The notes under the pieces were generated by a model. The model was not told where the DNA came from. It saw only the letters and a program-made list of their open reading frames with translations, and ran no database searches. A stretch of 64,000 bases of DNA from assembly GCA_023267195.1 (NCBI GenBank), contig JAHFNT010000005.1:14875-78874 (forward strand), given 5' to 3'. Positions 19,745 through 29,462 of the stretch are shown here, one piece after another. The position numbers were made by a program, and so were the translations under genes. Source of the stretch: Candidatus Nomurabacteria bacterium (GTDB taxonomy: Bacteria; Patescibacteriota; Minisyncoccia; Phycocordibacterales; UBA9973). How positions within the stretch are numbered: position 1 is the stretch's first letter; each line of letters begins with the position of its first letter.

Positions 19745-20077
19745 ATGGAAATAATTTCAACAAAAGAAAATAAAAGTTATGGAATAAAATTTGAAGCCAA
19801 AGAAGACAAGAAGCTTTTTGGGTGGGCGTATCTTTATATTATGTATAACGATTTGCACGAAGAGCCATTTGGGTTTCTGGAAAATGTTTTTGTAAAGGAA
19901 GAACATCGGGGCAAGGGAATAGGCAAAAAGTTGATTGAAAATGTAATTAACGAAGCTAAACGTCATAATTGCTATAAGTTGGTTGGCACTAGCCGCTATG
20001 AGCGGTCGGAAGTGCATGCTATGTATATTAAAATTGGTTTTAAGGACTACGGAAAAGAATTTAGAATGGATTTTTAA
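19745..20077 (+). CDS. GNAT acetyltransferase (possibly glucosamine-6-P N-acetyltransferase-like)
   Basis: ENVFVKEEHRGKGIG acetyl-CoA motif, CYKL; directly after glmS. Confidence 0.8.
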   Translation: MEIISTKENKSYGIKFEAKEDKKLFGWAYLYIMYNDLHEEPFGFLENVFVKEEHRGKGIGKKLIENVINEAKRHNCYKLVGTSRYERSEVHAMYIKIGFKDYGKEFRMDF

Positions 20078-20093
20078 TATAATAAATATATCT

Positions 20094-21044
20094 ATGCAAG
20101 AAAAAATTTTAGTTATCGGGGCGTGCGGACAAATTGGGGTAGAGCTTACGGCAACCTTGCGTAAAAAATATGGGAGTGAGAATATAATTGCTTCAGATGT
20201 TCGCGAAGAAAATGCGCTTCTTGTGGGTACTGGACCGTTTGTTATTTTAGATGCGATGAATAAGGGAACGATTCAGACACTCATAAAAAAAGAAAAAATT
20301 ACCATAGTATATTTGCTAGCAGCGCTCCTGTCTGCGACTGGTGAAAAAAATCCAAAACTTTGCTGGGAACTCAATATGGAGAGTTTACAAAATGTTTTAG
20401 ACATTGGTGTAGAAGAAAAGTTAAAAATATTTTGGCCTTCCTCTATTGCTGTTTTTGGCACCACAACCCCAAGAGAAAATACCCCACAAAAGACCGTTAT
20501 TGAGCCGACGACAATGTATGGGGTGACTAAATATGCAGGAGAGCTTTTGTGCCAGTATTATAAAAAAAGATTTGGTCTCGATGTTAGGAGTGTGCGTTAT
20601 CCCGGACTTATTAGTTGGAAGTCCGAGCCAGGCGGGGGAACTACAGACTACGCGGTAGATATATTTTATGGAGCGATTAGAGAGGGTAAATATACTAGCT
20701 TTCTTTCCGAAAATACATATTTGCCGATGATGTATATGGATGATGCCATCCGGGCGACACTGGAATTAATGACTGCACCGAAAGAAAAGTTAAAAAATAG
20801 CCTGGCATATAACTTATCCGCCATTAGTTTTTCTCCTAAGGAAATTGCCGAAGCCATAAAAAAGCGAATACCAAATTTTGAAATTAGTTATGAGCCAGAT
20901 TTTCATCAGCCAATTGCGGATAGCTGGCCGAAGAGTATTGATGATAGTGTAGCTAGAGCAGACTGGGGCTGGCACCATGAGTATGATTTAGAAAAAATGG
21001 TGAGTGTGATGCTAGAGAATTTAAAAATGAAATTGGTAAAATAA
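20094..21044 (+). CDS. tdh: L-threonine 3-dehydrogenase (SDR/epimerase type)
   Basis: IGACGQIG, LLSATGE, PSSIAVFG, YGVTK, PGGGTTDYAV; upstream of kbl. Confidence 0.88.
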   Translation: MQEKILVIGACGQIGVELTATLRKKYGSENIIASDVREENALLVGTGPFVILDAMNKGTIQTLIKKEKITIVYLLAALLSATGEKNPKLCWELNMESLQNVLDIGVEEKLKIFWPSSIAVFGTTTPRENTPQKTVIEPTTMYGVTKYAGELLCQYYKKRFGLDVRSVRYPGLISWKSEPGGGTTDYAVDIFYGAIREGKYTSFLSENTYLPMMYMDDAIRATLELMTAPKEKLKNSLAYNLSAISFSPKEIAEAIKKRIPNFEISYEPDFHQPIADSWPKSIDDSVARADWGWHHEYDLEKMVSVMLENLKMKLVK

Positions 21045-21047
21045 TTT

Positions 21048-22274
21048 ATGTATTCAAAAAAACTTATAGATTCTATTGAAAAGGAATTTGAAACGCTGAA
21101 AAGCGCTGGGAAATTTAAAGTGGAGAGGGAATTGGATGGAGCTCAGGGGGCAGAGGTGCGGATTGCGGGCAGACAAGTCCTGATGTTCGCCTCAAATAAT
21201 TATTTAGGTCTGGCTAATCATCCGGAAATTGTAAAAGCGGGGAAGGAGGCCATAGAGCAATACGGCTTCGGCTTGTCATCCGTCAGGTTTATTTCCGGCA
21301 CAGAAACGATTCACAAAATTTTAGAAAAAAAGTTAGCAGAATTTTTGGGCGTGGAGGATAGTATCTTGTATTCCACTAATTTCATGTCTAATCTAGGATT
21401 TTTTGCAACGATTACCAATGAAACTTTCGGCGACAGCGCTCCATACCTAGACGCGATTTATAGCGATGAGCTAAATCATGCTAGCATCATAGATGCTTTC
21501 AAGCTCTGCAAAAAAGAAAACGTTGTAAAAAGAATTTATTCTCATGGTGATGTTGCTTTACTGGAAAAAATGCTGGAAGAAGATAAAGAAAAAAATTATC
21601 GTTTTAAAATAATTGTAACAGATGGAGTTTTTTCTATGGAAGGATATCTGGCGCAACTGCCGGAACTAAAAAAGTTGGCAGAAAAATATGAGGCTATGCT
21701 TTTTGTGGATGATGCGCATGCCATCGGGGTGCTTGGGAAGACTGGCGCCGGAACGCCGGAACATTTTAATTTGCATGGGCAGGTGGATGTCCTTTCGGGG
21801 ACCTTCGGCAAAGCGCTAGGCGGAGCTGTGGGCGGATATATTGCCGGCAAGAAAAAAATAATAGAACTGCTTCGCCAAAAATCCCGCACGTATCTTTTTT
21901 CAAATTCTGTGCCTCCGTCTGTTGTCATCGCATCTATAAAGGCACTTGATTTATTAAAAGAAAAAAGAGAACTTTTGGACAAAGTAAGAGAAAATTCTGA
22001 ATACTTTAGAGCTGGAGCGCGAAAATTAGGTTTTAAAGTTTTAGAAGGCATTCATCCGATTGTGCCAGTAATGCTGGGTGATGCCGCTAAAACGCAAGAA
22101 ATTAGTCAGAAACTTTTAGCCAAAGGATTATTCGTTGTTGGATTATGGTTTCCGGTGGTGCCAGAAGGTGCTGCCCGCTTGCGTTTCCAAATTTCTGCCG
22201 CGCACACACATGAACAAATTGACCAAGCGCTCGAAATTTTATCAGAGGTAGGCAAAGAAATGAAAATAATTTAA
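21048..22274 (+). CDS. kbl: 2-amino-3-ketobutyrate CoA ligase (glycine C-acetyltransferase)
   Basis: SNNYLGL, SVRFISGT, DELNHASIID, DGVFSMEG, GTFGKALGG. Confidence 0.92.
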   Translation: MYSKKLIDSIEKEFETLKSAGKFKVERELDGAQGAEVRIAGRQVLMFASNNYLGLANHPEIVKAGKEAIEQYGFGLSSVRFISGTETIHKILEKKLAEFLGVEDSILYSTNFMSNLGFFATITNETFGDSAPYLDAIYSDELNHASIIDAFKLCKKENVVKRIYSHGDVALLEKMLEEDKEKNYRFKIIVTDGVFSMEGYLAQLPELKKLAEKYEAMLFVDDAHAIGVLGKTGAGTPEHFNLHGQVDVLSGTFGKALGGAVGGYIAGKKKIIELLRQKSRTYLFSNSVPPSVVIASIKALDLLKEKRELLDKVRENSEYFRAGARKLGFKVLEGIHPIVPVMLGDAAKTQEISQKLLAKGLFVVGLWFPVVPEGAARLRFQISAAHTHEQIDQALEILSEVGKEMKII

Positions 22275-22281
22275 TTTTTTT

Positions 22282-22497
22282 ATGTTCAAAAACTTTTTAC
22301 TGAAAAAAATGCTTCGCACGCAAGGCGTGCCCGAAGCGCAAATAGAAATGTTCATAGTGATGATGGAGAAAAATCCAGAGCTTTTTAAAACTATAGCCGA
22401 AGAAGTGCAAACAAAAATGAAAGAGGGAATGAGCCAAATGGATGCGGGAATGCAGGTGATGAAAAAATACGAAGCGGATCTCAGAAAATTGGTGTAG
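22282..22497 (+). CDS. Small Met-rich helical hypothetical protein
   Basis: 71-aa ORF, operon-like spacing after kbl. Confidence 0.65.
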   Translation: MFKNFLLKKMLRTQGVPEAQIEMFIVMMEKNPELFKTIAEEVQTKMKEGMSQMDAGMQVMKKYEADLRKLV

Positions 22498-22544
22498 ATT
22501 AAAAAGTGGAAAACTCCCACATTCGCAAGCTCGGTATTTTCAAC

Positions 22545-22573
22545 TTGACAATACCCCCTAGGGGGTATATACT
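22545..22573 (+). promoter_or_regulatory. Sigma70 promoter overlapped by a CsoR operator
   Basis: TTGACA(22545)-17 nt-TATACT(22568); spacer holds the perfect palindrome ATACCCCCTAGGGGGTAT (22551-22568), a C-tract/G-tract CsoR-type site. Confidence 0.9.
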
Positions 22574-22579
22574 TCCCCT

Positions 22580-22843
22580 ATGCACACAAATAAACAAAAA
22601 GTCATTCGCCGACTGAAGATTCTAGAAGGCCAAGTGCGGGGCTTGCAAAATATGGTTGAAAAAGATACTTACTGTATTGATGTCATAACGCAGACTTCTG
22701 CAGTGAAGCAGGGTCTTTCTAATGTTGAAGATATTTTGATGGATGGGCATTTGGGGCATTGTGTTATTAATCAAATCAAAAAAGGAGAAACAGCTAAAGC
22801 CAAAACGGAAATATTAAAAGTTTATAAATTAAAAAGAAAATAG
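22580..22843 (+). CDS. csoR: CsoR/RcnR family metal-sensing repressor
   Basis: RLKILEGQVRGL, YCIDVITQ, HLGHC. Confidence 0.92.
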   Translation: MHTNKQKVIRRLKILEGQVRGLQNMVEKDTYCIDVITQTSAVKQGLSNVEDILMDGHLGHCVINQIKKGETAKAKTEILKVYKLKRK

Positions 22844-22852
22844 ATCGACAAG

Positions 22853-22872
22853 GGCTTCGACTGGGCTCAGCC
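22853..22872 (+). repeat. Intergenic hairpin element between csoR and copA
   Basis: GGCT-TCG-actggg-CTC-AGCC. Confidence 0.75.
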
Positions 22873-22894
22873 GAAAATCCTCACTATAAATAGT

Positions 22895-25219
22895 ATGAAC
22901 ACATTTAAAACATACAAGGTAAAAGGAATGCATTGCGCGTCTTGCGCCAGTATTATTGAAAGAACTATCAAGAAAATTGAGGGGGTAGCAAATATTGAGG
23001 TGAATCCGGGCACCGAAAATGCCAAGATTTCTTTTGATACAAACAAAACCAACGCGGAACAATTTAATCAAAAACTTGAACCACTTGGTTACTCGCTACA
23101 CAATATGAACATGTCAGCAAACGCTTCGGCTGTGCTCAGTGCAAGTGATATGAATATGAGTGAAGATGAACATAAAGAGCATTTGGGACTGAATCAAACT
23201 AAAAAAGAAAAGTTGGCAGAACTGAAGGACATGAAGAATAAACTTCTTTCTCTAATTCCTATTGTGCTCATTAGTATTTTTGTAATGAGTTACGATATTT
23301 TGGCGCAGTTTAAAGTTATTGCCGAGATGTCTTATTTCTGGAATGAATTTTTCCATCATCTTTTACCAGTTTTGGCCACTTACACGCTATTTGTAGTTGG
23401 TAAGCCATACTTACTCGGCTTATATCGTTTTTTTCGTCATGGACAAGCCAACATGGACACACTTATTGGTCTCGGTACGCTAGTGGCTTTTTTATATAGT
23501 TTTATTGTTAGCGCTTTTGAAGAAAGTTTAAAGGCTTTTATAAATGTCAATCAAAGTTATTACGATGTTACTATCATTGTGATTGCTTTCATTACACTTG
23601 GAAAATATCTGGAAGCGCGTTCAAAATTAAAAACAGGCGATGCGATTGAAAAACTTTTAAATCTACAGGCGAAAACTGCTTTAGTGGTTCGCGGTGAAAG
23701 GGAAGTTGAAATTCCGGTAGATCAAGTTATGCATGGTGATATTATTATCGTAAAACCCGGGGCAAAAATTCCAGTTGATGGCCTGATTGTTTCAGGATTT
23801 TCTTATGTTGATGAATCAATGGTGACCGGCGAACCAATGCCAGTAGAAAAAAAAGAGGGAGATGCTGTAGTATCTGGGACGATTAATACAACGGGATCTT
23901 TCACTTTTAGGGCGACGAAAGTTGGTGGAGAAACTCTGCTTGCCCATATTGTGAAAATGGTGGAAGAAGCACAAGGGAGTAAGGCACCGATACAGGCTTT
24001 GGCGGACAAAATTTCCAGTATCTTTGTGCCGGTTGTTTTGGGGATTGCAGTTTTGACTTTAGTGTTATGGCTTTTAGTTGGTATGCAATATTTTGGTTTC
24101 TCCCAAGCGCTTTCTTTTGGTTTGGTTTCTTTTGTGGGGATTTTGGTTATTGCATGTCCATGCGCTCTCGGTCTGGCGACACCGACGGCAATCATTGTTG
24201 GTGTAGGCAAAGGTGCGCGCGAAGGAATTTTAATCAAAGATGCGGCAACATTGCAAAAATTACACCAAGTCAATGTAGTTGTCGTGGATAAAACAGGTAC
24301 TTTGACTATGGGGAAACCCGAGCTTATTGCAGTTAAAAATTTTTCAAATAAAAATGATGATGAGCTGGTTTCTATTCTGGCCACTTTAGAAAATAAATCA
24401 GAACACCCTATTGCTCACGCCGTAATAAATTATGCAAAATCAAAAAAGCTAAAAATTAGCGAGCTGAATGATTTTGAAATTATAAAGGGCAAAGGACTTA
24501 AAGGAAGGGTTGACGGGGTAGAATATTTTGCTGGTAATACTAGACTAATTGAGGATCTAAATCTGCCGTTTGATAAAAATCTTTTGGAAAAAGAAACCTT
24601 GGAAGGCAAGACCCCGATAATTTTGGCGAATCAAAATGCAGTGCTCTGTGTGGTTTTGATAGCGGACGCGATAAAACCGGAAGCGATCGAGGCAGTAAAT
24701 AATTTACACAAACTCGGCGTCAAAATTGTGATGTTGACAGGAGACCATAAAAATACTGCTAAATATATTGCGAAGCTTGTCGGTATTGATGATATCGTGT
24801 CGGAAGCAATGCCGGAGAGTAAATTAGATAAAATCAAAGAATTGCAAGCGGAAGGCCAGGTCGTGGCGATGGCTGGAGATGGAGTAAATGACGCACCGGC
24901 GCTCGCGCAAGCGGATGTGGGTATTGCTATGGCTACTGGGACAGATGTGGCGATTGAAAGCGCTGGCATTACACTTCTACATGGCGATATTTCCAAACTA
25001 GTGAAAGCTATAAAACTTTCTAAAATGACAATGCGTGGAATCAAGCAGAATCTTTTCTGGGCTTTTGTTTATAATATTATTGGAATTCCGCTCGCATCTG
25101 GAATTTTCTTCCCATTCTTTGGTTGGTTGCTTTCGCCAGTCTTTGCTGGGTTTGCCATGGCGATGTCTTCAGTGTCTGTGGTAGGGAATTCGCTTCGCAT
25201 TAAGAGTAAAAAATTGTAA
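22895..25219 (+). CDS. copA: Cu(I)-translocating P1B-type ATPase
   Basis: GMHCASC, TGE, CPC, DKTGT, SEHP, GDGVND, YN and MAMSS. Confidence 0.96.
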   Translation: MNTFKTYKVKGMHCASCASIIERTIKKIEGVANIEVNPGTENAKISFDTNKTNAEQFNQKLEPLGYSLHNMNMSANASAVLSASDMNMSEDEHKEHLGLNQTKKEKLAELKDMKNKLLSLIPIVLISIFVMSYDILAQFKVIAEMSYFWNEFFHHLLPVLATYTLFVVGKPYLLGLYRFFRHGQANMDTLIGLGTLVAFLYSFIVSAFEESLKAFINVNQSYYDVTIIVIAFITLGKYLEARSKLKTGDAIEKLLNLQAKTALVVRGEREVEIPVDQVMHGDIIIVKPGAKIPVDGLIVSGFSYVDESMVTGEPMPVEKKEGDAVVSGTINTTGSFTFRATKVGGETLLAHIVKMVEEAQGSKAPIQALADKISSIFVPVVLGIAVLTLVLWLLVGMQYFGFSQALSFGLVSFVGILVIACPCALGLATPTAIIVGVGKGAREGILIKDAATLQKLHQVNVVVVDKTGTLTMGKPELIAVKNFSNKNDDELVSILATLENKSEHPIAHAVINYAKSKKLKISELNDFEIIKGKGLKGRVDGVEYFAGNTRLIEDLNLPFDKNLLEKETLEGKTPIILANQNAVLCVVLIADAIKPEAIEAVNNLHKLGVKIVMLTGDHKNTAKYIAKLVGIDDIVSEAMPESKLDKIKELQAEGQVVAMAGDGVNDAPALAQADVGIAMATGTDVAIESAGITLLHGDISKLVKAIKLSKMTMRGIKQNLFWAFVYNIIGIPLASGIFFPFFGWLLSPVFAGFAMAMSSVSVVGNSLRIKSKKL
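23117..23144 (+). repeat. In-frame hairpin element in copA (NASAVLSA) flanked by a GCAA direct repeat
   Basis: GCAA-a-CGCT-TCG-gctgtg-CTC-AGT-GCAA; the GCAA copies are 24 nt apart. Confidence 0.75.
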
Positions 25220-25265
25220 AATTATAAAGGGTCGAATTTTTATAAGCAATAATTAAAATAAATTT

Positions 25266-25385
25266 ATGATGGGATATGGATATGGTGGAATGATGGGGGG
25301 CGGTTTTGGTTCTATTGTAGCCTTAATAGTGTTGGTTGATCTTGTTTTGTTCGGTATCTGGCTTTATAAAAATATTAATAAATAA
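25266..25385 (+). CDS. 39-aa Met/Gly-rich single-TM peptide (not in ORF track)
   Basis: MMGYGYGGMMGGGFGSIVALIVLVDLVLFGIWLYKNINK; ends 3 nt before the next ATG. Confidence 0.7.
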   Translation: MMGYGYGGMMGGGFGSIVALIVLVDLVLFGIWLYKNINK

Positions 25386-25388
25386 AAA

Positions 25389-25793
25389 ATGTATTTACGG
25401 AACAGAAAATTATTCATAGGTGTTTGCATTTTACTTGCTTATATAAGCATTGGAGTATTTGGCTTGCTTAAGCTTGACCATAAGATTGAAATGCCTATGG
25501 ATAATTGTCCGTATGCCCAAAATAGTTATGCAATATGTGAGAATAGTCTTGACCATATAAATAACTGGCAGCAATTTTTAAACGCAATTTCGCCATCTCT
25601 TTTCATATTTTCAATTTTAATTCTAGGAATAGTTTTATATTTAGTTACCAAACACAATTTTTTAAATCAAAAAAGTTATTTTTATAAATGGAAGTATTGC
25701 TTATATAATAAAAAATTATATCCTTACTCGAACATAATAATAAAATGGCTAGCATTTTTTGAAAACAGCCCTTCCTTTTTCTACAGGGCGTAG
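25389..25793 (+). CDS. Two-TM protein with extracytoplasmic Cys/His/Met loop
   Basis: TM-HKIEMPMDNCPY..ICENSLDH-TM-basic tail ending WLAFFENSPS. Confidence 0.6.
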   Translation: MYLRNRKLFIGVCILLAYISIGVFGLLKLDHKIEMPMDNCPYAQNSYAICENSLDHINNWQQFLNAISPSLFIFSILILGIVLYLVTKHNFLNQKSYFYKWKYCLYNKKLYPYSNIIIKWLAFFENSPSFFYRA

Positions 25794-25833
25794 CTAATTA
25801 TTTTGTCGTAAAATTTTTAGCTTTGCCTTCTGG

Positions 25834-25853
25834 TCCTCATATGAGGATTTTTT
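25834..25853 (+). terminator. Hairpin plus U-tract inside the copper cluster
   Basis: TCCTC-atat-GAGGA-TTTTTT. Confidence 0.45.
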
Positions 25854-25877
25854 ACTATTCTAATTATCTACAATATT

Positions 25878-26411
25878 ATGGACAAAAAAACAATTATCTC
25901 GTTATTAATTATCTTTGCTTTTGTTGGAGGTTTAGCGTGGTGGAGTAAATCAGTATCAATAGAAGAAAAAGAATCTCGCGCATTTGAACTTGGGGGTTCG
26001 CATCTGGTAAAAATTGGCAATACGGCAAATGTGCTTACTGCCATGGAAACCTTCTATGACTTCGGTACGATCTCCATGAAGAACGGGAATGTGAGCAAAA
26101 TATTCAAGCTAACTAATTCAACAAACGAAGATATATTGGTGCCGAGCGTAAGTACTTCCTGCATGTGTACTACCGCGTATGTACTCAAGGGTGGGGTAAG
26201 AAGCAGGCCTTATGGAATGCCGGGGCACGGTGGAGCGGTTCCGAAGGCAAATGAAATTGTAAAAGCGGGCGAATCGCTTGAGATTGAAGTAGTATATGAT
26301 CCCAATGCTCACGGTCCTGCTGGTGTCGGTTTGATTGAGCGCTCTGTGTTCGTGGAAGACGAGAATACAAATGTAACAGAACTCAAGTTCAAGGTTAACG
26401 TAACCCCATAA
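25878..26411 (+). CDS. DUF1573-like Ig-fold membrane-anchored protein
   Basis: YDFGTI, TSCMCT, GMPGHG, YDPNAHGPAG. Confidence 0.75.
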   Translation: MDKKTIISLLIIFAFVGGLAWWSKSVSIEEKESRAFELGGSHLVKIGNTANVLTAMETFYDFGTISMKNGNVSKIFKLTNSTNEDILVPSVSTSCMCTTAYVLKGGVRSRPYGMPGHGGAVPKANEIVKAGESLEIEVVYDPNAHGPAGVGLIERSVFVEDENTNVTELKFKVNVTP

Positions 26412-26415
26412 AAAT

Positions 26416-27195
26416 ATGAAAAAAATTATTATTATAATCAGCCTTGTGCTAATCGCCATAATTGGCATAGTTATTCTAAAAAACAATCCCGCAACTTCGG
26501 CTATTGTTTGGAACATAAGCAAAGAAGGTACCTGGCTTTTGCCGCTTCTTTTAGTGTCGGCGATTCTAGACAGCGTGCATCCTTGTTCGTTCTCAATTCT
26601 GCTGATCACAATAGCATTTCTGTTTGGTATTCAACTTAGCCGAGAGAAAATTCTTAAATTGGGCGGAACATACATTGCTGGAATATTCACAGCCTATTTC
26701 TTGATTGGGTTGGGAATTCTGAAAGTACTTCACTTGTTCAATACTCCACACTTCATGGGTAAATTAGGATCAACACTTCTGATTACTTTCGGAGTGATAA
26801 ATATTCTAAATCGTTTTTTCCCGAAATTTCCAATCAAGTTAAAGATTCCTGGAATTTCTCACTCGGCGATGGGTCGCTTGATGGACAGAGCTTCATTTCC
26901 AGCAGTATTTGGGCTCGGATTGCTTGTCGGTATTTGCCAATTCCCATGTATGGGTGGCCCGTATCTTATGGTTATCGGGCTCTTGCGTGATCAAGTGACA
27001 TATTTGAGCGGATTTAACTACCTTCTCTTGTATAATCTTATCTTAATTATTCCTCTGGTTGTGGTGTTATTTATCTCAGCTGATAAGTTACTGGTGGAAA
27101 AAGTGCAAATTTGGAAACGCGACAATTTAGGCGGATTAAAACTCTGGACCGGTATTGCGATGATTATTATTGGTATCTTAATATTCCTTATCTAA
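26416..27195 (+). CDS. CcdA/DsbD-type transmembrane thiol-redox protein
   Basis: DSVHPCSF and CQFPCMGGPY in a multi-TM protein. Confidence 0.8.
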   Translation: MKKIIIIISLVLIAIIGIVILKNNPATSAIVWNISKEGTWLLPLLLVSAILDSVHPCSFSILLITIAFLFGIQLSREKILKLGGTYIAGIFTAYFLIGLGILKVLHLFNTPHFMGKLGSTLLITFGVINILNRFFPKFPIKLKIPGISHSAMGRLMDRASFPAVFGLGLLVGICQFPCMGGPYLMVIGLLRDQVTYLSGFNYLLLYNLILIIPLVVVLFISADKLLVEKVQIWKRDNLGGLKLWTGIAMIIIGILIFLI

Positions 27196-27199
27196 ATAT

Positions 27200-27694
27200 A
27201 TGACTAAAAAAATAATAGAAATAGATGAATTTATAAATAAAATAAATTCACTCAAAGAAAAAGTGGGGGTGGACATATCAACCGCCGAAGACCTGAGTAT
27301 GGCTGTGATGAATCTAATTAGCCTTGAAGAACATTTCTTTTTTACTGGCGTTAAAACAGGCAAGGATGAATATTTTGACACAACACTTGAAATACGCGAG
27401 GTGAGAAAAGACTTATTGGCCAAACTTATGCCAAATAATGAAGGCGAGACCTGGTGTATCTCAAAACACCTGTTGGCCACGACCATGCGACTTATAGAAG
27501 TTGGGAACAAACTTAATTCCGAGGGTAAAAAAGAGAAAGCCAAAGAAATCTTTCAAAAAGCGTACCAAGTATATTCGATTTTCTGGGCGCTTAAATTGAA
27601 ATTAATCAGTGGGGAGAAAATACAACAAAAAGCTAAAGACAGTTCGCGTTTGGAAGACTTGGTCGATAAATTAGCTGACTGTTGTGATGAATAG
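27200..27694 (+). CDS. Hypothetical helical protein with Cys/His motifs
   Basis: LEEHFFF, WCISKHLL, C-terminal DCCDE. Confidence 0.7.
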   Translation: MTKKIIEIDEFINKINSLKEKVGVDISTAEDLSMAVMNLISLEEHFFFTGVKTGKDEYFDTTLEIREVRKDLLAKLMPNNEGETWCISKHLLATTMRLIEVGNKLNSEGKKEKAKEIFQKAYQVYSIFWALKLKLISGEKIQQKAKDSSRLEDLVDKLADCCDE

Positions 27695-27701
27695 ATTAAA
27701 T

Positions 27702-28382
27702 ATGAAAAATAAAATAAAAGAAATACTATATTCAGTTCTGGCTATTATTGTGATCGTATTCTTGGGTCTTGCCCCTATGGGAGAAAAAGCATTTGCCCTA
27801 AATTGGGGCAACCTGGGAATGAAAATGATGGAAGCGGGTGTGATTGATCAAGAGAAATTTGAAAATCTGTATCAGGAACGAGGTGGGCTTAACGAGGCGG
27901 ATAAAAAGTTACTCTATAGTGCGCGCAATAAAAATCTAATTATCACCCCGGAGAATTCTCACATGATGCTCAATATGCTCTGGGCCTTAGGGCTCGGAAA
28001 TAAAAATCCCATTCTTGAAAATGGGCCAATGATGGACCCACGATATGGGGGAGCAGCGAATTTCGCATCTACCGGTGGCTGGATCCTGGCTAAAGGAAAC
28101 GCAATGGATCATTACAGTATGCATGAGTTCATAAAATTAACACCCGAAGAGCAAGGGCTAGTGGAAAAAGTGGCCAAAAATATTTATCGTCCTTGCTGTA
28201 GTAATCCAGCGTATTTTCCGGATTGTAATCATGGTATGGCGATGCTAGGACTTCTTGAAATGATGGCTTCGCAAGGCGCAGCGGAAGAAGAAATGTATAA
28301 ACTTGCGACAGAAGTAAATACTCTTTGGTTTCCAGAATTACAAAAGCAACAACAAAAAGGTGGGACAGGTTGTGGAGCTTAA
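27702..28382 (+). CDS. Membrane-anchored hypothetical protein with Cys cluster (start uncertain)
   Basis: RPCCSNPAYFPDCNHGMAM, C-terminal GCGA. Confidence 0.7.
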   Translation: MKNKIKEILYSVLAIIVIVFLGLAPMGEKAFALNWGNLGMKMMEAGVIDQEKFENLYQERGGLNEADKKLLYSARNKNLIITPENSHMMLNMLWALGLGNKNPILENGPMMDPRYGGAANFASTGGWILAKGNAMDHYSMHEFIKLTPEEQGLVEKVAKNIYRPCCSNPAYFPDCNHGMAMLGLLEMMASQGAAEEEMYKLATEVNTLWFPELQKQQQKGGTGCGA

Positions 28383-28409
28383 GTTTTTGTGATAAGATGT
28401 ATCTTTATT

Positions 28410-29441
28410 ATGAGATATTATACATTTCATGTTCAAGGCACTCATTGCGCATCGTGTAAAATCTTAATTGAAGATGTTTTGGAAGAGCAAGATTTTATCA
28501 AAAGGGTGCAGGTGAATCTAAAAAGAGAAATAGTGGAAATAGAAACGGAAAGCGAAAAGAGCCCAGAAGAACTTATTGCAATCTTAAATCCAAAAATAAA
28601 ACAAAATGGCTATGTGCTTTCTCTAGATGGTTCGGCTCCTCTCACCACAGGAAAAAATACAGAAATAAAAAATGACAACAATGTGCTTTGGCAAGCGATA
28701 CCCATCGGACTTGTATTCTTAGCGTTGTTTTTTTTATTACAAAAATCTGGCATTTTAGATCTTGGCTTTGGGGGCGAGACGACGCCAGCGACCAGTTTTC
28801 TTATTGGTTTGATCGCCTCAGTTTCGAGTTGTCTGGCGGTCGTTGGTGGCTTGGTTTTGTCTTTATCCGCCAAGATATCAGAAGATGATGAAAGCGACAC
28901 AAAAACTTTTATACTTTTTCACTCCGGTAGATTGTTTAGTTTTGCCATTTTAGGTGGGGCGCTAGGATTAATAGGCAACGCTATTGGTATTAATTTTACC
29001 TTTACGGCAATATTGGGTTTGGTCGCGTCTTTAGTGATGCTATTTCTTGGTTTGAATTTAGTGGGCGTGTTTACTAAAAATAAAATAACTTTGCCGTCTG
29101 GAATTTTTAACTTCTTTAGAAAAATTGAGCACAAGACTTTTACTCCGCTCATTATTGGTTTTGCCACTTTTTTTCTGCCATGCGGATTTACCCAATCAAT
29201 GCAAGTTGTTGCACTCTCCAGCGGATCATTTGTGTCTGGGCTCTTAATTATGTTGGCTTTTGCTTTAGGAACTTTGCCTATGCTTTTATTATTATCGTTC
29301 GGGTCAGCGTCTTTTGCCCATTCAAAATATGCGCCGCTATTTTTCAAATCAGCTGGAGTGGTGGTAATAGGTCTAGGAGTATTTGCGCTGCTTGCAGGGT
29401 TGGCTGGTTTGGGAATTATAAATCCACTATTTAATATTTGA
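28410..29441 (+). CDS. HMA domain fused to DsbD_2/TauE-like membrane domain
   Basis: GTHCASC, SSCLAVVGG, FHSGRL, FFLPCGFTQ. Confidence 0.85.
   Translation: MRYYTFHVQGTHCASCKILIEDVLEEQDFIKRVQVNLKREIVEIETESEKSPEELIAILNPKIKQNGYVLSLDGSAPLTTGKNTEIKNDNNVLWQAIPIGLVFLALFFLLQKSGILDLGFGGETTPATSFLIGLIASVSSCLAVVGGLVLSLSAKISEDDESDTKTFILFHSGRLFSFAILGGALGLIGNAIGINFTFTAILGLVASLVMLFLGLNLVGVFTKNKITLPSGIFNFFRKIEHKTFTPLIIGFATFFLPCGFTQSMQVVALSSGSFVSGLLIMLAFALGTLPMLLLLSFGSASFAHSKYAPLFFKSAGVVVIGLGVFALLAGLAGLGIINPLFNI
28628..28651 (+). repeat. In-frame hairpin element (GSAPLTTG) in the HMA-TM linker
   Basis: TGGT-TCG-gctcct-CTC-ACCA-CAGG, near-identical to the tkt copy. Confidence 0.8.
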
Positions 29442-29462
29442 TTTGCTATAATTAACTATCTT

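Noticed and set aside
22519-22535. TCG-caag-CTC core upstream of the csoR promoter
   Set aside because: Flanking stem barely pairs; not counted as a family member
23803-25044. Long antisense ORFs within copA (and similar ones in dnaE, kbl, ppsA)
   Set aside because: Antisense shadows of well-supported genes with no recognisable motifs
25220-25265. aaagggtcg purine-rich motif in the spacer after copA
   Set aside because: Single instance, too far from the next ATG to be a ribosome-binding site; cannot be evaluated here
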